The translations under genes and the position numbers were made by a program. From assembly GCA_963693365.1 (NCBI GenBank), contig CAVNZM010000024.1, forward strand, positions 4,937 to 68,936: a stretch of 64,000 nucleotides of DNA. Direction: 5' to 3'. The notes beneath the pieces were generated by a model. The model saw nothing but the letters and a program-made list of their open reading frames with translations, ran no database searches and was not told where the DNA came from. This document shows positions 44,361-54,621 of this stretch, piece by piece. Every line of letters starts with the position of its first letter. Positions within the stretch are counted from its first letter, which is position 1. This DNA comes from Amoebidium appalachense. Lineage: Eukaryota > Protista > Ichthyosporea.

Positions 44361-44597
44361 ACAATGTCACGGAGGGCCGGCGCCACACAGTGCTGCAGAA
44401 ACAGCCGCACGGCCGCGCGACGCAGGGCAAAGAGAGCCCGGGCAAAGCGGAAACGAAAAGCAAAGCGGCTACGAGGGCTGTGGGAGCCGGAGTACCACGT
44501 TCAAGACTACACGTGGGGTTTGCCATTCAGGACGGCTATGGCTGGGGGGGAGACAGTGACTACGACATATCCTTTGAGATTGGTCAGAATGGTGTGA
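44361..44597 (+). CDS. Small basic protein
   Basis: RRRAKRARAKRKRKAKR; AATAAA downstream. Confidence 0.4.
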   Translation, partial: TMSRRAGATQCCRNSRTAARRRAKRARAKRKRKAKRLRGLWEPEYHVQDYTWGLPFRTAMAGGETVTTTYPLRLVRMV

Positions 44598-44650
44598 TCC
44601 CGTGTTTATTTGAATAAAACTGCCCTGCCAGAGGGAAGAGAAATCCACCC

Positions 44651-45052
44651 CTACTCGTCATCTACAACGGACTCGGTTTCGATGTAGTTGTCCTTGTCGA
44701 TGTGCTTTAGAGACTGCTTCGTGGCCACCTCCTCCTCGGGGACGGCGGAGAGAAATGCCAGGAGGTCGTTGGCCTGCTTGGTGTCCTTGAAGTACACCTC
44801 GAACTGCTTTCGCAGATAGTTCTCGCTCAGCGAGGGCTTCTTGACGGCCTCGTGGAGAATCAACAGGTCCTTGGTGGGCAGTTCCAGTGACCGCACGTTC
44901 TCGGTGGACATATACTTGAGAATGGCCTTCTTTATCGTGTTCAGTTTTCGGCTGATGGGTTTGGTTTGTGCGCTCTGCTCCTTGAGCTGGGCGTGGAGCG
45001 TCGTGTAATCCCGGAGCACACCTTTCAGGCCGTCAATAGAGGATATTTCCAT
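44651..45052 (-). CDS. DUF5760-like NCLDV protein
   Basis: Coiled coil then ILKYM..ENV..L, KKPSLSENYL....YFKD...A..LL.FL. Confidence 0.7.
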   Translation of the reverse strand: MEISSIDGLKGVLRDYTTLHAQLKEQSAQTKPISRKLNTIKKAILKYMSTENVRSLELPTKDLLILHEAVKKPSLSENYLRKQFEVYFKDTKQANDLLAFLSAVPEEEVATKQSLKHIDKDNYIETESVVDDE

Positions 45053-45114
45053 GCCAGGACGTCCCATTACCAGTGGAACAGAAAATAAATGGCAGCCCAA
45101 GATGCTACACATGT

Positions 45115-46416
45115 TCAATACATGTGCCGGTAGGGCGTGTTGTGGAGATACAACAGGTCCGCGCGCGTCACCTCATCCGGCAGGGCACTCTCGGGCACGC
45201 ACGCACGCGTGTTCAGGAGCAGCAGCAGCGCAAAGACGTGCTTGAAAAACGCCAGGGCCAGCTCCTCTGCGGGAAGGCTCGCGTGGTTGATTCGCGCCAA
45301 AACACTGTACCAGTCCGGTGTCTCGTCGTGCATCAAGAAGCGCCTGTTCGGGGCGTTCATGTGAGACAGGACGCGGTACAGGGCGGCACGGCTCAGTTGC
45401 TCGGCCCCTATGTACCAGGCGAACTCCGCGAGTTCAAAGAGGGCCGAGAGCGTGTGCTTGTCGTCGGCCGGGAGCTCGATGTTGCCCATGTGGAAGTACT
45501 GCAGGACACAGTGAAACACCCGTGTGGTTACTGCCAGACGAGGGCCTTCGGTGTGCTCCATGTACCCGGTGCCCAGGAGCACCCTGAAGAAGCCGTTCGA
45601 ATGGGACAAGAGTTCGGCGCAGGCATTCACGCTGCCGTCCAACAGGGTTATGTGCCTCCCACCCGGAAAGTCGGCTAGGACACGCCTGTAAGGCGCTTGC
45701 TGGGTGGAATAGCCGAACAGTGCGTGCCGGGTTATGCGGTACAAGCTGATTCCCGAAGCCATGTAGATTACAGGGCCAGACACGGCAATGTGCACGGCCG
45801 CGTGGGATTCGCCTGTAACTTCGGTGAACGGCCCCGCTACATATCCGACCCCGTGCACCGACACCTCGAAGACGCACTGTGTCGTGGTGTCGAATATCCA
45901 GCTCCTGGTTTCTTCTCTGTCGTGCTTGTGGTAGCCGCGTGTGGACATGTGATTGCAGCACCATACACCGCCTATCAGGGGCGACAGATCGCGGACGGGC
46001 ATCGGGGGGCGGGGCGAACATGCTGGCACCCCATTCTCGAGGTATAGCTGTTGGTGGTCGTCAGCCACAAACCCCACTTGGTGTGCTTGTATGATGCCAG
46101 GGGTGTAGCTGTCAAGGACAATGTACTCCGTTGGAGATCCAGCTCGGCCGACAAGAACAGGGTCAACGAGTGTCCGGTCCGATGGGACAACGGCCGTGAT
46201 GACCTTGATGCGTTTCCCTGGATTCAGCTCGGCACTCCGGTTAGTTATCCGACCGGCGTTGTTGACTTGAAAAACAAGATGTTCCATCGCCATGTACAAT
46301 ATACCATCCACTACGCCCAGACCGGTGATGTTGCGATCCAGGTTGGCGTAGGTGATGCGCTCGCATTTCATCACGTGGGGCACGGAGGCAGATTCGACTG
46401 TCGTCCACTGGTTCAT
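45115..46416 (-). CDS. Beta-rich N-terminus plus BTB/POZ domain protein
   Basis: LLSHSNGFFRVLLGTGYME...FHCVLQYFHMGNIEL...LFELAEF. Confidence 0.6.
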   Translation of the reverse strand: MNQWTTVESASVPHVMKCERITYANLDRNITGLGVVDGILYMAMEHLVFQVNNAGRITNRSAELNPGKRIKVITAVVPSDRTLVDPVLVGRAGSPTEYIVLDSYTPGIIQAHQVGFVADDHQQLYLENGVPACSPRPPMPVRDLSPLIGGVWCCNHMSTRGYHKHDREETRSWIFDTTTQCVFEVSVHGVGYVAGPFTEVTGESHAAVHIAVSGPVIYMASGISLYRITRHALFGYSTQQAPYRRVLADFPGGRHITLLDGSVNACAELLSHSNGFFRVLLGTGYMEHTEGPRLAVTTRVFHCVLQYFHMGNIELPADDKHTLSALFELAEFAWYIGAEQLSRAALYRVLSHMNAPNRRFLMHDETPDWYSVLARINHASLPAEELALAFFKHVFALLLLLNTRACVPESALPDEVTRADLLYLHNTPYRHMY

Positions 46417-46452
46417 CTTGAATATGACACATGAGACATGGCAGGTCGTCGC

Positions 46453-47562
46453 TTATATACCATCCACCGAATCCTGGATGGATGAGGATTGCAGGGCCTG
46501 TATGTAGCCATGGACCGCCTGTGTGTCCCCGGACAAGTCTTCCCGCGTGGGCTCGTGCGTTGCTTCAGGGTCTCCCTCCTTCCCAAAACCACATGACCGT
46601 GCAAAGCAGTTTGTTGTAACGTGTGCTATCGTCCACAGGCCCGCCATTGCGTGTTGGTATGCCAGCATGCACCCATAAGCAAAGTCCTGGTCTCCGGCAA
46701 ACAACAAGACATCCACAGATGACTCCATGAATGTCACACCATCAAACATCTCGACTTTTTTGGCCGTGCATCGTTGGAGGGGGATCACTATATATCTGTT
46801 TGATCCTGGGATTTTCAGCACCCAACAGTTGGACCCTCTTTCTCCTTGAAACACCATCAGGCCTGAAAAAATGGCCCTCTTGATGATGCCGTCGCACAGA
46901 ACCCAGGGTGATTGCGCTTGGACAAACACCTTTCCGCTGTATATGTCAACAAAAGTGGCCATCCAAACATCCGAATCTCGGGGCCTGTAATGATAGCCTG
47001 TCGTGTTTGTTCCTCGGGTGTTGCTGCTTGATTGTACGATCAAGGCTTCCAGCCTTCGTTTGTACTCGGTCGTGTTTTTTCCGGATATGTCGATTGCGTC
47101 AATCAAGGATCTGTTGTTTTCTAATTGGGCCGCGAGCTTGCCCAGCGAAGCGTTGAGTGTGTCGGTTTCCCTTGATATTTTCTCGGCAATGTTTTCAGAC
47201 CCCAAACTGACGACAACCTTGTTTCTGGTGTCTCTCACCAATTCATTGAACTCTCCTAGAGTTTTGAGAGCCTCTCCCAGTTTGGTGGACTCGGACTTGA
47301 TTCTTTTTATTTTATTTTCGATGTTCTTGAATTTTACAGACTTCGAATCTAATGCCTTACTGGAAGTCAAGAGCGGCAATACATTTGACATTGTTTCCAG
47401 TACAGCCTGTGTGACTCCTGGGGAGACTGTCGTTCTAGTCTTGGTCTCGAGGTCATCTAATATGCGATGGATTTTCTCTTCAATTACTTTGTGCAGTGTC
47501 ATTTCAGTGGTTTCGGTGTGTTTTTTGTCTTCTATGGAGGTCTCTACTTCCTCTGACGCCAT
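46453..47562 (-). CDS. Hypothetical protein, N-terminal coiled coil, AT-richer than neighbours
   Basis: 369-aa ORF with ACCATGG start. Confidence 0.65.
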   Translation of the reverse strand: MASEEVETSIEDKKHTETTEMTLHKVIEEKIHRILDDLETKTRTTVSPGVTQAVLETMSNVLPLLTSSKALDSKSVKFKNIENKIKRIKSESTKLGEALKTLGEFNELVRDTRNKVVVSLGSENIAEKISRETDTLNASLGKLAAQLENNRSLIDAIDISGKNTTEYKRRLEALIVQSSSNTRGTNTTGYHYRPRDSDVWMATFVDIYSGKVFVQAQSPWVLCDGIIKRAIFSGLMVFQGERGSNCWVLKIPGSNRYIVIPLQRCTAKKVEMFDGVTFMESSVDVLLFAGDQDFAYGCMLAYQHAMAGLWTIAHVTTNCFARSCGFGKEGDPEATHEPTREDLSGDTQAVHGYIQALQSSSIQDSVDGI

Positions 47563-47657
47563 GGTGGGTGTATCTGTCTTACTCTCCTATAATAATTTAC
47601 AGCCACCAAACACCTATCATCCTCAACCTAGATTTGTCTATCCAAAACCACCACGCG

Positions 47658-48744
47658 TCAAACAAGTGCCGGCTCCATGGCAAGCGGCTGGACCCCCGTG
47701 TACTTGGACTCCAGGAGGTCCACCACGTCGCTGAAGTTGTGTGTGTGCTGTGTCTTGGGCATGTGCAGGCACAGCCAGTCCCGTGCCCTACTGAGCACCG
47801 TGTACGCCTCGAGCACCGTCATCTCCGTGCAGTAGGTGACGTTGCGCTTCCACCCCTCGATGATCCGGCGCTTGATGGCTCCCTGCACTGCCGTGCGGGC
47901 AAGCACCACGCTCACGCGCCCCTCCTTCTCGTCCCAGATGCTCACGCCGATGGTGTCCTTGACGAACTTGCGGATCAGCCACGCCTCGCCCGATGTCTGG
48001 TCGGAGAACAGCGCACTCACCACGCTGTTGGCAAAGTTGAGCAGGCGTGCGCGCAGCACCTCGCATCCGACGTCCAGTGCACACTTGCCTACGTCATCGG
48101 GCAGCACGCGCTCGTTGAGCGTGTGGGGGTCCGAGTTGATCTGCTCGCGCATCTGGCGGATGGCCCCGTTGCGCAGCGCAATGGTCAGCCGCTGCTCGTC
48201 CATCAGCTCCATGGCAACCTTCAGCAGCTTGGTCTTCTCGGCCACCAGCTCCTCCAGCTGCGCCTCGCGGGCCGTGCGCTTGGCCGCGCGCTCGGGGGTC
48301 TCCTCGACGCCGTTACGGAAGAACTCGCGCTCCTCGGGCGTGCTGTTGGTGTAGCGGGCCTCGATGTCGTCGATGAGCGACAGGTCGCCGGCGAGCAGAC
48401 GCGACATGTACGCCGCGCTGGTGCGGCGCACCTCGTGCGCACGCTTGCCGGGCAGCAGGTAGATGATCTCGAGCAGGGTCTTGAAGGGGGCGACCGGGGT
48501 GACGTTGCCACGGTTGTTGATTTTCATGTCTTCGATGCCACTCATAATCGTAGGGGCTCCCAGAGTCTCTTTGGTAGACTGGACATCTGGGGAGTTCTTC
48601 AGGCGCTGCCAGGCCATCTTTGGCGGCGGGCACGTTGCCAAGGACAAGAGCAATAGCATCCAGCACACTGGCCTTGTTGGTAGCCTGGTCGACGCGCACA
48701 ACGGCATTCTTGAACATAGGGAACTGCTGGGCGAGGCTGTCCAT
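47658..48744 (-). CDS. Bro-N/KilA-like DNA-binding protein, frameshift near 48625
   Basis: VRVD..TNKASVLD.I...TPVA...LLEIIYLLPGKRA.E.RR..A...R.L.GDLSL. Confidence 0.6.
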
Positions 48745-49092
48745 GTTGTCTGGGTTGTAGGTTTCTTGTTACTGGGTGGGCTTCTTTGGCAGACTGATGG
48801 CGGACTACACAAACCAGTCCTTTTATACCTTCGAATGAGTGAATCGAGGAATGAATGAATGAATGAATTAGTGCTCCGAAATCCAATCTTCAACCAAAAA
48901 AAAATCTGGTAACTGGATTCGACATTGCGTGATGACGTCACAACAAAAATTCCAGCCAATCAAATAACCGGTAACTGCTTGTTACCAGTTTTTCGACCAA
49001 TCGAATCGAATTTGACGCGACGCGAACCCATTTCGAAAAACCTCTTGGTTGCAATAGGGTCACCTGCGATTGATGGAATGCTCGGTATACTG

Positions 49093-49778
49093 TCAGTTGA
49101 CAAGCAGAAGCATAGCCAACTGCAGAATATCACTGACGACCCGGTACACAATAAAGTTGTCTGCATATGGGTTGTACCGTAGCCACCTACATCCCAGTTG
49201 CTTGGTGATGTGGTTCTGGCGCTCTTCCTCATAGGTCGGATCGCGGTCATCATGATTGTGCTCGTCACACTCCACCACCAGGTTGAGTTCTGGAAAAAAA
49301 AGGTCCACTCGGTAGGGCTTGACATAGAACTGGGGCTTGCTTTTGAAACATGATGTGCACTGCCGTATGATGTTAATGGTCTCGCTCTCGGCCGATGTCT
49401 GCAGCAGTACTATAGGGAGGTCGGCCAAATCAAACACATGCATCCAGTATCGCTTCTTATCCATGGACAGTTTGCAGCCTGGTATTAGAGCCTTCACGAT
49501 CTCGCGAATTGTGTTGAGGGTAGCAAATGGTGTTGGCTTGCTCATTCCAGGTAAGCGCATGTTGACCACACCCATTAGACGATCTTGATTGGTTAGCCCA
49601 GAACTGGCTTTCGTATGCCATTTTCCTTGACTCATACGTAGCCATGACTGGTGCGCTGCATTGCGATCTCCCAAGTACCAACGCCATGATGTCCAGAACG
49701 CTAACTTTGTTGGTAGCGGGGTCTGTTCGCACTGCTGGCATTCTTCAACACCGGAAATTGCTGTGTCAGGGTCTCCAT
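49093..49778 (-). CDS. Paralogous Bro-like N-terminus plus DUF559/Vsr-like endonuclease, frameshifted at the 5' end
   Basis: TNKVSVLDIMALVLG shared with the neighbour; YRVDLFFPELNLVVECDEHNH...LRYNP. Confidence 0.7.
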
Positions 49779-50016
49779 ATTGATGGTAGAAGCAAGGTCC
49801 ATCTTGCAGATACGGCGAATTTGAAGAAGTGAGACGAGTCAGACCATAAGGGGTTGCTTTTTATACCTCCCGAATCGCCACAGTTGGGAACTCAACCACG
49901 CCATTGTTGTAGGTATAAAAGCCAGTCCAACAGATTTTTTAGTGTGCCCAATCCCAGGGGCCCCAGGTATATAAGCCCCTCCCCGCTCCCGTCCTTTCAT
50001 TCCGCCCCCTGGTAAC

Positions 50017-51456
50017 ATGGACGACTACCTCGCCTTCGAAGACACCGCCGCCGGCCCGCACTTCGGCATCCCCTTCGTCCCCGACGCCTGCCTGGACCAC
50101 GAGTGGACCCCGGAGCTCGCCGTCGCCTACCTGCGCAGCAATGTCGCCCACGTCAAGGGCTGCTCGACGTACATCCTCAAGCAGTGGTGCCAGGACAGGC
50201 TGAAGTACGAGCACCGCATCCTGGGCAAGCGCGACATGCAGGACACGCTCGCCAAGTTCCACTTCCCGCTGCTGGCCGACCGCCCCAACCAGCAGCCCGC
50301 CGCCCCCTACCGCGGCCGCGAATACCTCAACAGCCCGTACATCCTCATGTACGACCGGCTGGTGTTCGATCCCGCCAGCCCGGACCCGCGCACGGGGGTG
50401 TACAAGAAGTCCGCCGGGCCCTACCGCACGTTCAACCTGTTCACCGGGTTCCGGTTCACGCTGAGCAACATGCCCGTAGCCCGGCGTGACGAGCTGGTGG
50501 CGCCCTTCGTCTCGCACGCGCGCGACGTGCTGTGCGGTGGCGACCCCGGGCTTTTTGACTACCTGATGCTGTGGATGGGCCACCTGTTCCAGCACCCGGC
50601 GTCCAAGCCCGGCAGCGCGCTGCTGCTCGTGTCCAAGCAGGGCGCGGGGAAGAACATCTTCTTCCAGGCGCTCATCGACGCCATGGGGGTCGAGCACTCG
50701 GTGTACGTCAACCGGCGCGACCGCATCCAGAACCACTTCAATGCGCACCTGCAGAACAAGCTGCTGGTGGTGGTCGACGAGGTGCTGTTCAGCAACTCGC
50801 GTGAGGTCAACAACATCATGAAGTCGCTCATCACCGAGTCGTCCAACATCCTCGAGAAGAAGGGTCAGGATGCCGTGGCTGTGCGTGCGTGCGAGCGCTA
50901 CGTGCTGCTGACCAACGAGAGCAACCCCGTGCTTGTCGAGCCCAGCGACCGCCGCTACGCGTGCATGGCCGTCAGCAACGCGCGTGTCGGCGACACGGCC
51001 TACTTTGCCACGTTTCACCAACACCACAGAGACCCCGAGGTGCTGCAGGCCATCCACGACCTGCTCGTGTCCGTGCCCGACGTGCCGCCCGTGCTGCCGC
51101 CGCCGCCCGTGACCGACCTCAAGAAGGAGCTGCGTGGCGCCACGCTTGACGACAACGTGGCGTTCCTTCGTGACATCGCCACGGGCGCAGACGGCTGCGA
51201 GGACCTGGCCGTCGCCGACGGCGCTTACGTGACCACTTTCGGGCTGGCCGAGCGCATGCGCACGTGGGCCGCACGCAACGGCAAGGACCCCGCGGCCGTC
51301 AGTGTCAAGAAGCTGGGCGGCGTGCTCGGCAAGGTGTTTGGGCAGCGCGTCAAGAAGCAGCGGAGCGCGGTGGCGGTGGGGGGCGTGGAGGGCACGGATC
51401 CGGAGGAGTACGTGCACGTGTACGTGTTCGAACACGCGAAGGTGGCGGGGGCGTGA
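50017..51456 (+). CDS. D5-like SF3 helicase (DUF5906-type), copy 1
   Basis: QGAGKNIF, FNAHLQNKLLVVVDE, LLTNE...DRRY, C-terminal winged helix. Confidence 0.88.
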   Translation: MDDYLAFEDTAAGPHFGIPFVPDACLDHEWTPELAVAYLRSNVAHVKGCSTYILKQWCQDRLKYEHRILGKRDMQDTLAKFHFPLLADRPNQQPAAPYRGREYLNSPYILMYDRLVFDPASPDPRTGVYKKSAGPYRTFNLFTGFRFTLSNMPVARRDELVAPFVSHARDVLCGGDPGLFDYLMLWMGHLFQHPASKPGSALLLVSKQGAGKNIFFQALIDAMGVEHSVYVNRRDRIQNHFNAHLQNKLLVVVDEVLFSNSREVNNIMKSLITESSNILEKKGQDAVAVRACERYVLLTNESNPVLVEPSDRRYACMAVSNARVGDTAYFATFHQHHRDPEVLQAIHDLLVSVPDVPPVLPPPPVTDLKKELRGATLDDNVAFLRDIATGADGCEDLAVADGAYVTTFGLAERMRTWAARNGKDPAAVSVKKLGGVLGKVFGQRVKKQRSAVAVGGVEGTDPEEYVHVYVFEHAKVAGA

Positions 51457-51582
51457 GGGGGGGGGGGGAGCTACAATGTTTTGGGTTTTATTCAAAAAGC
51501 AACACAGATATAATCAGCCAGCACAGCGGCCAATAAACAAACAAGCCTTCAGACAAGATCATGGGTGCCAGCCACGCCCATT

Positions 51583-52431
51583 TCAAAGCGCATGCCCGAT
51601 GTCGCCCACCTGGTTCCACGGTGTTCTCTGGTTGTGCATGAATTCGGGGATGTCCCAGTACTCCATGCCGCTGTTGTTGCCGTAGATGGCATGGATGATG
51701 TTCTGCCGCAGTGGGAGACCACCCGCTTCCAGGGCATGCTCAACCTGCGCGAGCCAGGGGTCCAGCCACGTGGTTGTCCATTGCTGCACAGCAGCCTGCA
51801 GCTCCTGGAAGGACGTGCCTCCCGGTGCGGCGGCCTCGGGGGCCTCGTGGTCTATCCCGGCCTGGTACGCCGTCTCGGGCGGGGGCTGCGGCTGCGGAAG
51901 CACCACCAGCTTCTCGAAGAGCAGTGCGGGCATGATCCAATACGGCCACCTCCTGACGCCCAACTGGGCCTCCAGAAATTCCTCCTCCTCCTCCTCCTGC
52001 TCGCTTGTAGAGCCGTCCAAGGTGACAGCTTCCCAAAACACCCACCCACTGCTGGTCAGTTTCATGCCGTATGACGTGTCGTCCATTTGCAGTTGCAGGA
52101 CGTAGTAGTAGGGGCTGAGGCTGGTATTGGCAGCGGGATGTCCGGGGCGATACCGACCACTGCCGTAGTCGAAGTTGCATCTAAGACGCCAGACCTCGCT
52201 TATGGCGCCGCTGAATACGTTAATGGAGTTTTCTATTCCCGTGCCATCCGGACCCGTGGTGGTTACCGGTGTTATCACGGGATGGGCAATCCTGTATGCA
52301 GACCCCTGCTGTCTCCATGTCACATCCCCGTCTTCAACACCATATGCTGGATCCATTTCATTTAGAAGCCCCACCAAGTCTTCCTCCGTGGTGATCTGGA
52401 TTGGGTCCCAGCGTGTGGTCATTACAGCCAC
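51583..52431 (-). CDS. Acidic hypothetical protein
   Basis: 282-aa ORF with protein-like composition. Confidence 0.55.
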   Translation of the reverse strand: MAVMTTRWDPIQITTEEDLVGLLNEMDPAYGVEDGDVTWRQQGSAYRIAHPVITPVTTTGPDGTGIENSINVFSGAISEVWRLRCNFDYGSGRYRPGHPAANTSLSPYYYVLQLQMDDTSYGMKLTSSGWVFWEAVTLDGSTSEQEEEEEEFLEAQLGVRRWPYWIMPALLFEKLVVLPQPQPPPETAYQAGIDHEAPEAAAPGGTSFQELQAAVQQWTTTWLDPWLAQVEHALEAGGLPLRQNIIHAIYGNNSGMEYWDIPEFMHNQRTPWNQVGDIGHAL

Positions 52432-52571
52432 ATATCAAAATGTATGAACATTGCCCGAAAGAACCACCGACGTGTTGCTTTATTCAAAAAAGCAGCATGA
52501 TACACAGATACTTGGTTTATTTCGTGCATGAACTTCTCCCGGAAGCACATCAAACAACTTCCAAGCCCTCC

Positions 52572-52668
52572 CATGCTAACACCATCCCATCAAACCAACC
52601 CCCATCTAGCTCATGCTAACACCATCCCATCAAACCAACCCCCATCTAGCTCATGCTAACACCATCCC
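52572..52668. repeat. 40-bp tandem repeat, ~2.4 copies
   Basis: catgctaacaccatcccatcaaaccaacccccatctagct at 52572, 52612 and 52652 (partial). Confidence 0.95.
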
Positions 52669-52691
52669 TCCCCCCCCCCCCCCCTCAGCCC

Positions 52692-53555
52692 TCACTCAAG
52701 CTCCGCAACAACCTTCATCACCCAATCATACCCCTCCCGCAGGCGCTGCTCAATCATCTCCATGTCCTGAACAAAATAGTGGTTGCCCTCATCCCACCAA
52801 ACGGGAACCTCCACCGCCCACTCATCGATCGATGCCGCAAGAGCAGAGTCTCTCTCCTCCGCCCCCCACACATCGTCCGAGTCGATACGTTTCCCGGGAG
52901 GGTACTTCGGATCCCTCTGCACTCGATCAAACAGAAATATCTCGCACTGCCGGAGCACGTTGCCACTTGCAAGCTCCCCGGGTGTGAGCGCAAAGGGGAC
53001 GAGGTTTGGACGGGGAGAACCGGGGGGGCGGGGAACGTAGGCGAACTGGCCGGGCCCCTCCCCGCCCTGGCGGCGGTGGACACGTTCGGCAATCCGATGG
53101 CGCAGCGCTTGCTTGTTGCGCTCCACAGCATCCTCCGCCGACCAAAAACCCACATACCCGTCCTTAACCGCCCGAGCCGCCTCTGCCATGTCGTGGAGCG
53201 CCTGCGCCACCGCCCGTGCCTTAGCCGCGCCCACGACGTTGCGCCCAGGCTGCTGCAGGTACTGGCGCAGACCCGGCACGACGGACTGTGCAGCCACTGC
53301 GCACCCCCCGAACTCCGTGACCAACGGACGCACCTTGTCGCGCGCGGGCCCGACGGCGTTCTCTGCGGCGACGAGGGCAAGGATGGCGTCCTGGCAGTGG
53401 TTTAATTCCCTGCACACCTTCACATGCGAGGGGATCTGGTCGCTGTGCATGTCAGCGACACAAGCGCGGCACTTGACCATGTATTTGTCCTTGGTGTTCT
53501 TAGTGAAAAGGTGATCGGTCAGCCATTTGTAGCTGCGCTTGCCTACTTGTTCCAT
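52692..53555 (-). CDS. Protein with N-terminal BED-like Zn finger
   Basis: W..HLF...VKCRAC...HVKVC. Confidence 0.55.
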   Translation of the reverse strand: MEQVGKRSYKWLTDHLFTKNTKDKYMVKCRACVADMHSDQIPSHVKVCRELNHCQDAILALVAAENAVGPARDKVRPLVTEFGGCAVAAQSVVPGLRQYLQQPGRNVVGAAKARAVAQALHDMAEAARAVKDGYVGFWSAEDAVERNKQALRHRIAERVHRRQGGEGPGQFAYVPRPPGSPRPNLVPFALTPGELASGNVLRQCEIFLFDRVQRDPKYPPGKRIDSDDVWGAEERDSALAASIDEWAVEVPVWWDEGNHYFVQDMEMIEQRLREGYDWVMKVVAELE

Positions 53556-54303
53556 GGTGTGTGTGTGTAGAAATGGGGGTGCAAAGCGAAAAATCAGTAA
53601 AAGGCGACCTAACAAGCGACTTCAAAGCCTTTGATGTTGACACTACAGAAGGTGTGTGAAAGTGACACCCTATCAGCTGTGCCGTGCCCTTAGAAGCCAA
53701 TTCCCAACTGATGCTGACGAAATGATATCATTGTAATTAAAAACAGTCACGCGTTTGATTGGGAGAATGCTTTCAGATCCAGATCACCAAACTGCACGAT
53801 TGGCTGCTGGGGATTGGATCACACCCAATTCAAGATCCAATCAGATCCCGCGAAGAGCAGGCAATGCCAGTGCTTCAAGATTTTTCAATGACAGCTGATG
53901 CCTTTTTCTCTTCTATCCCTTAGAACCAAACATAAGAATAAAATCAAACGTTTTATACCTAATTTCATATTCAAGATAGTTTTATAAACAATTCGGTCAC
54001 ATTTCTAATAGAAATCGCGAAGAAATAGTCCTTTCAACGATTACAAACAGATTCTGAAACCTTGGTCAGGATCTTGAACGCTTTCGACCAATCAGATCGA
54101 ATAGCGGGGTAGCCAACTGCGCGCTGCTTTGGCCGTTTATTGGCACATCTGGCGCTGCTTTGGAACGAAGTTGTGGTTCCGCGTTGCCTGTTCCGGGGGC
54201 CTGGGGGGGCGCCTGTGGCACACAGACCCGTGAGACCACTGTGCCTTCCGTGCCTCGCGTGCCCCTCATGCCCCCCAGGCCCCGCTCCTAGGAAAAAGCA
54301 ATC

Positions 54304-54528
54304 GGCGAACAGGGTCCACCCCCGGCACCTGTTCTCCAAGGATCCGGGAGACATGGTTGGGGATGCCATGGTGTTCTCTTGGGTTCCGGGAGACATGGGG
54401 GGGACCGGCGATGCTGTTCTCTAGCAAAATCACGGGCCAAACGTTCATGGGCACTGCCGTGTTCTCTCTGGTTTGTGGAGAAATCGGTGGACTGGGTAGG
54501 GGGCGGGGGCAGGAGAACAGGGTGGTGA
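54304..54528. repeat. Palindromic array copy B (inverted homologue of 32405-32630)
   Basis: TGTTCTC and GGAGACAT blocks; reverse complement aligns with copy A. Confidence 0.85.
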
Positions 54529-54621
54529 ACGCGCAGGTGGATATGGGCCGGGTTGTTGCCGTGTGACGTAAAGGTCGATTTTGATAGTTTGTGGTACTTT
54601 ATCTGTCGGTTCAACACCGTG

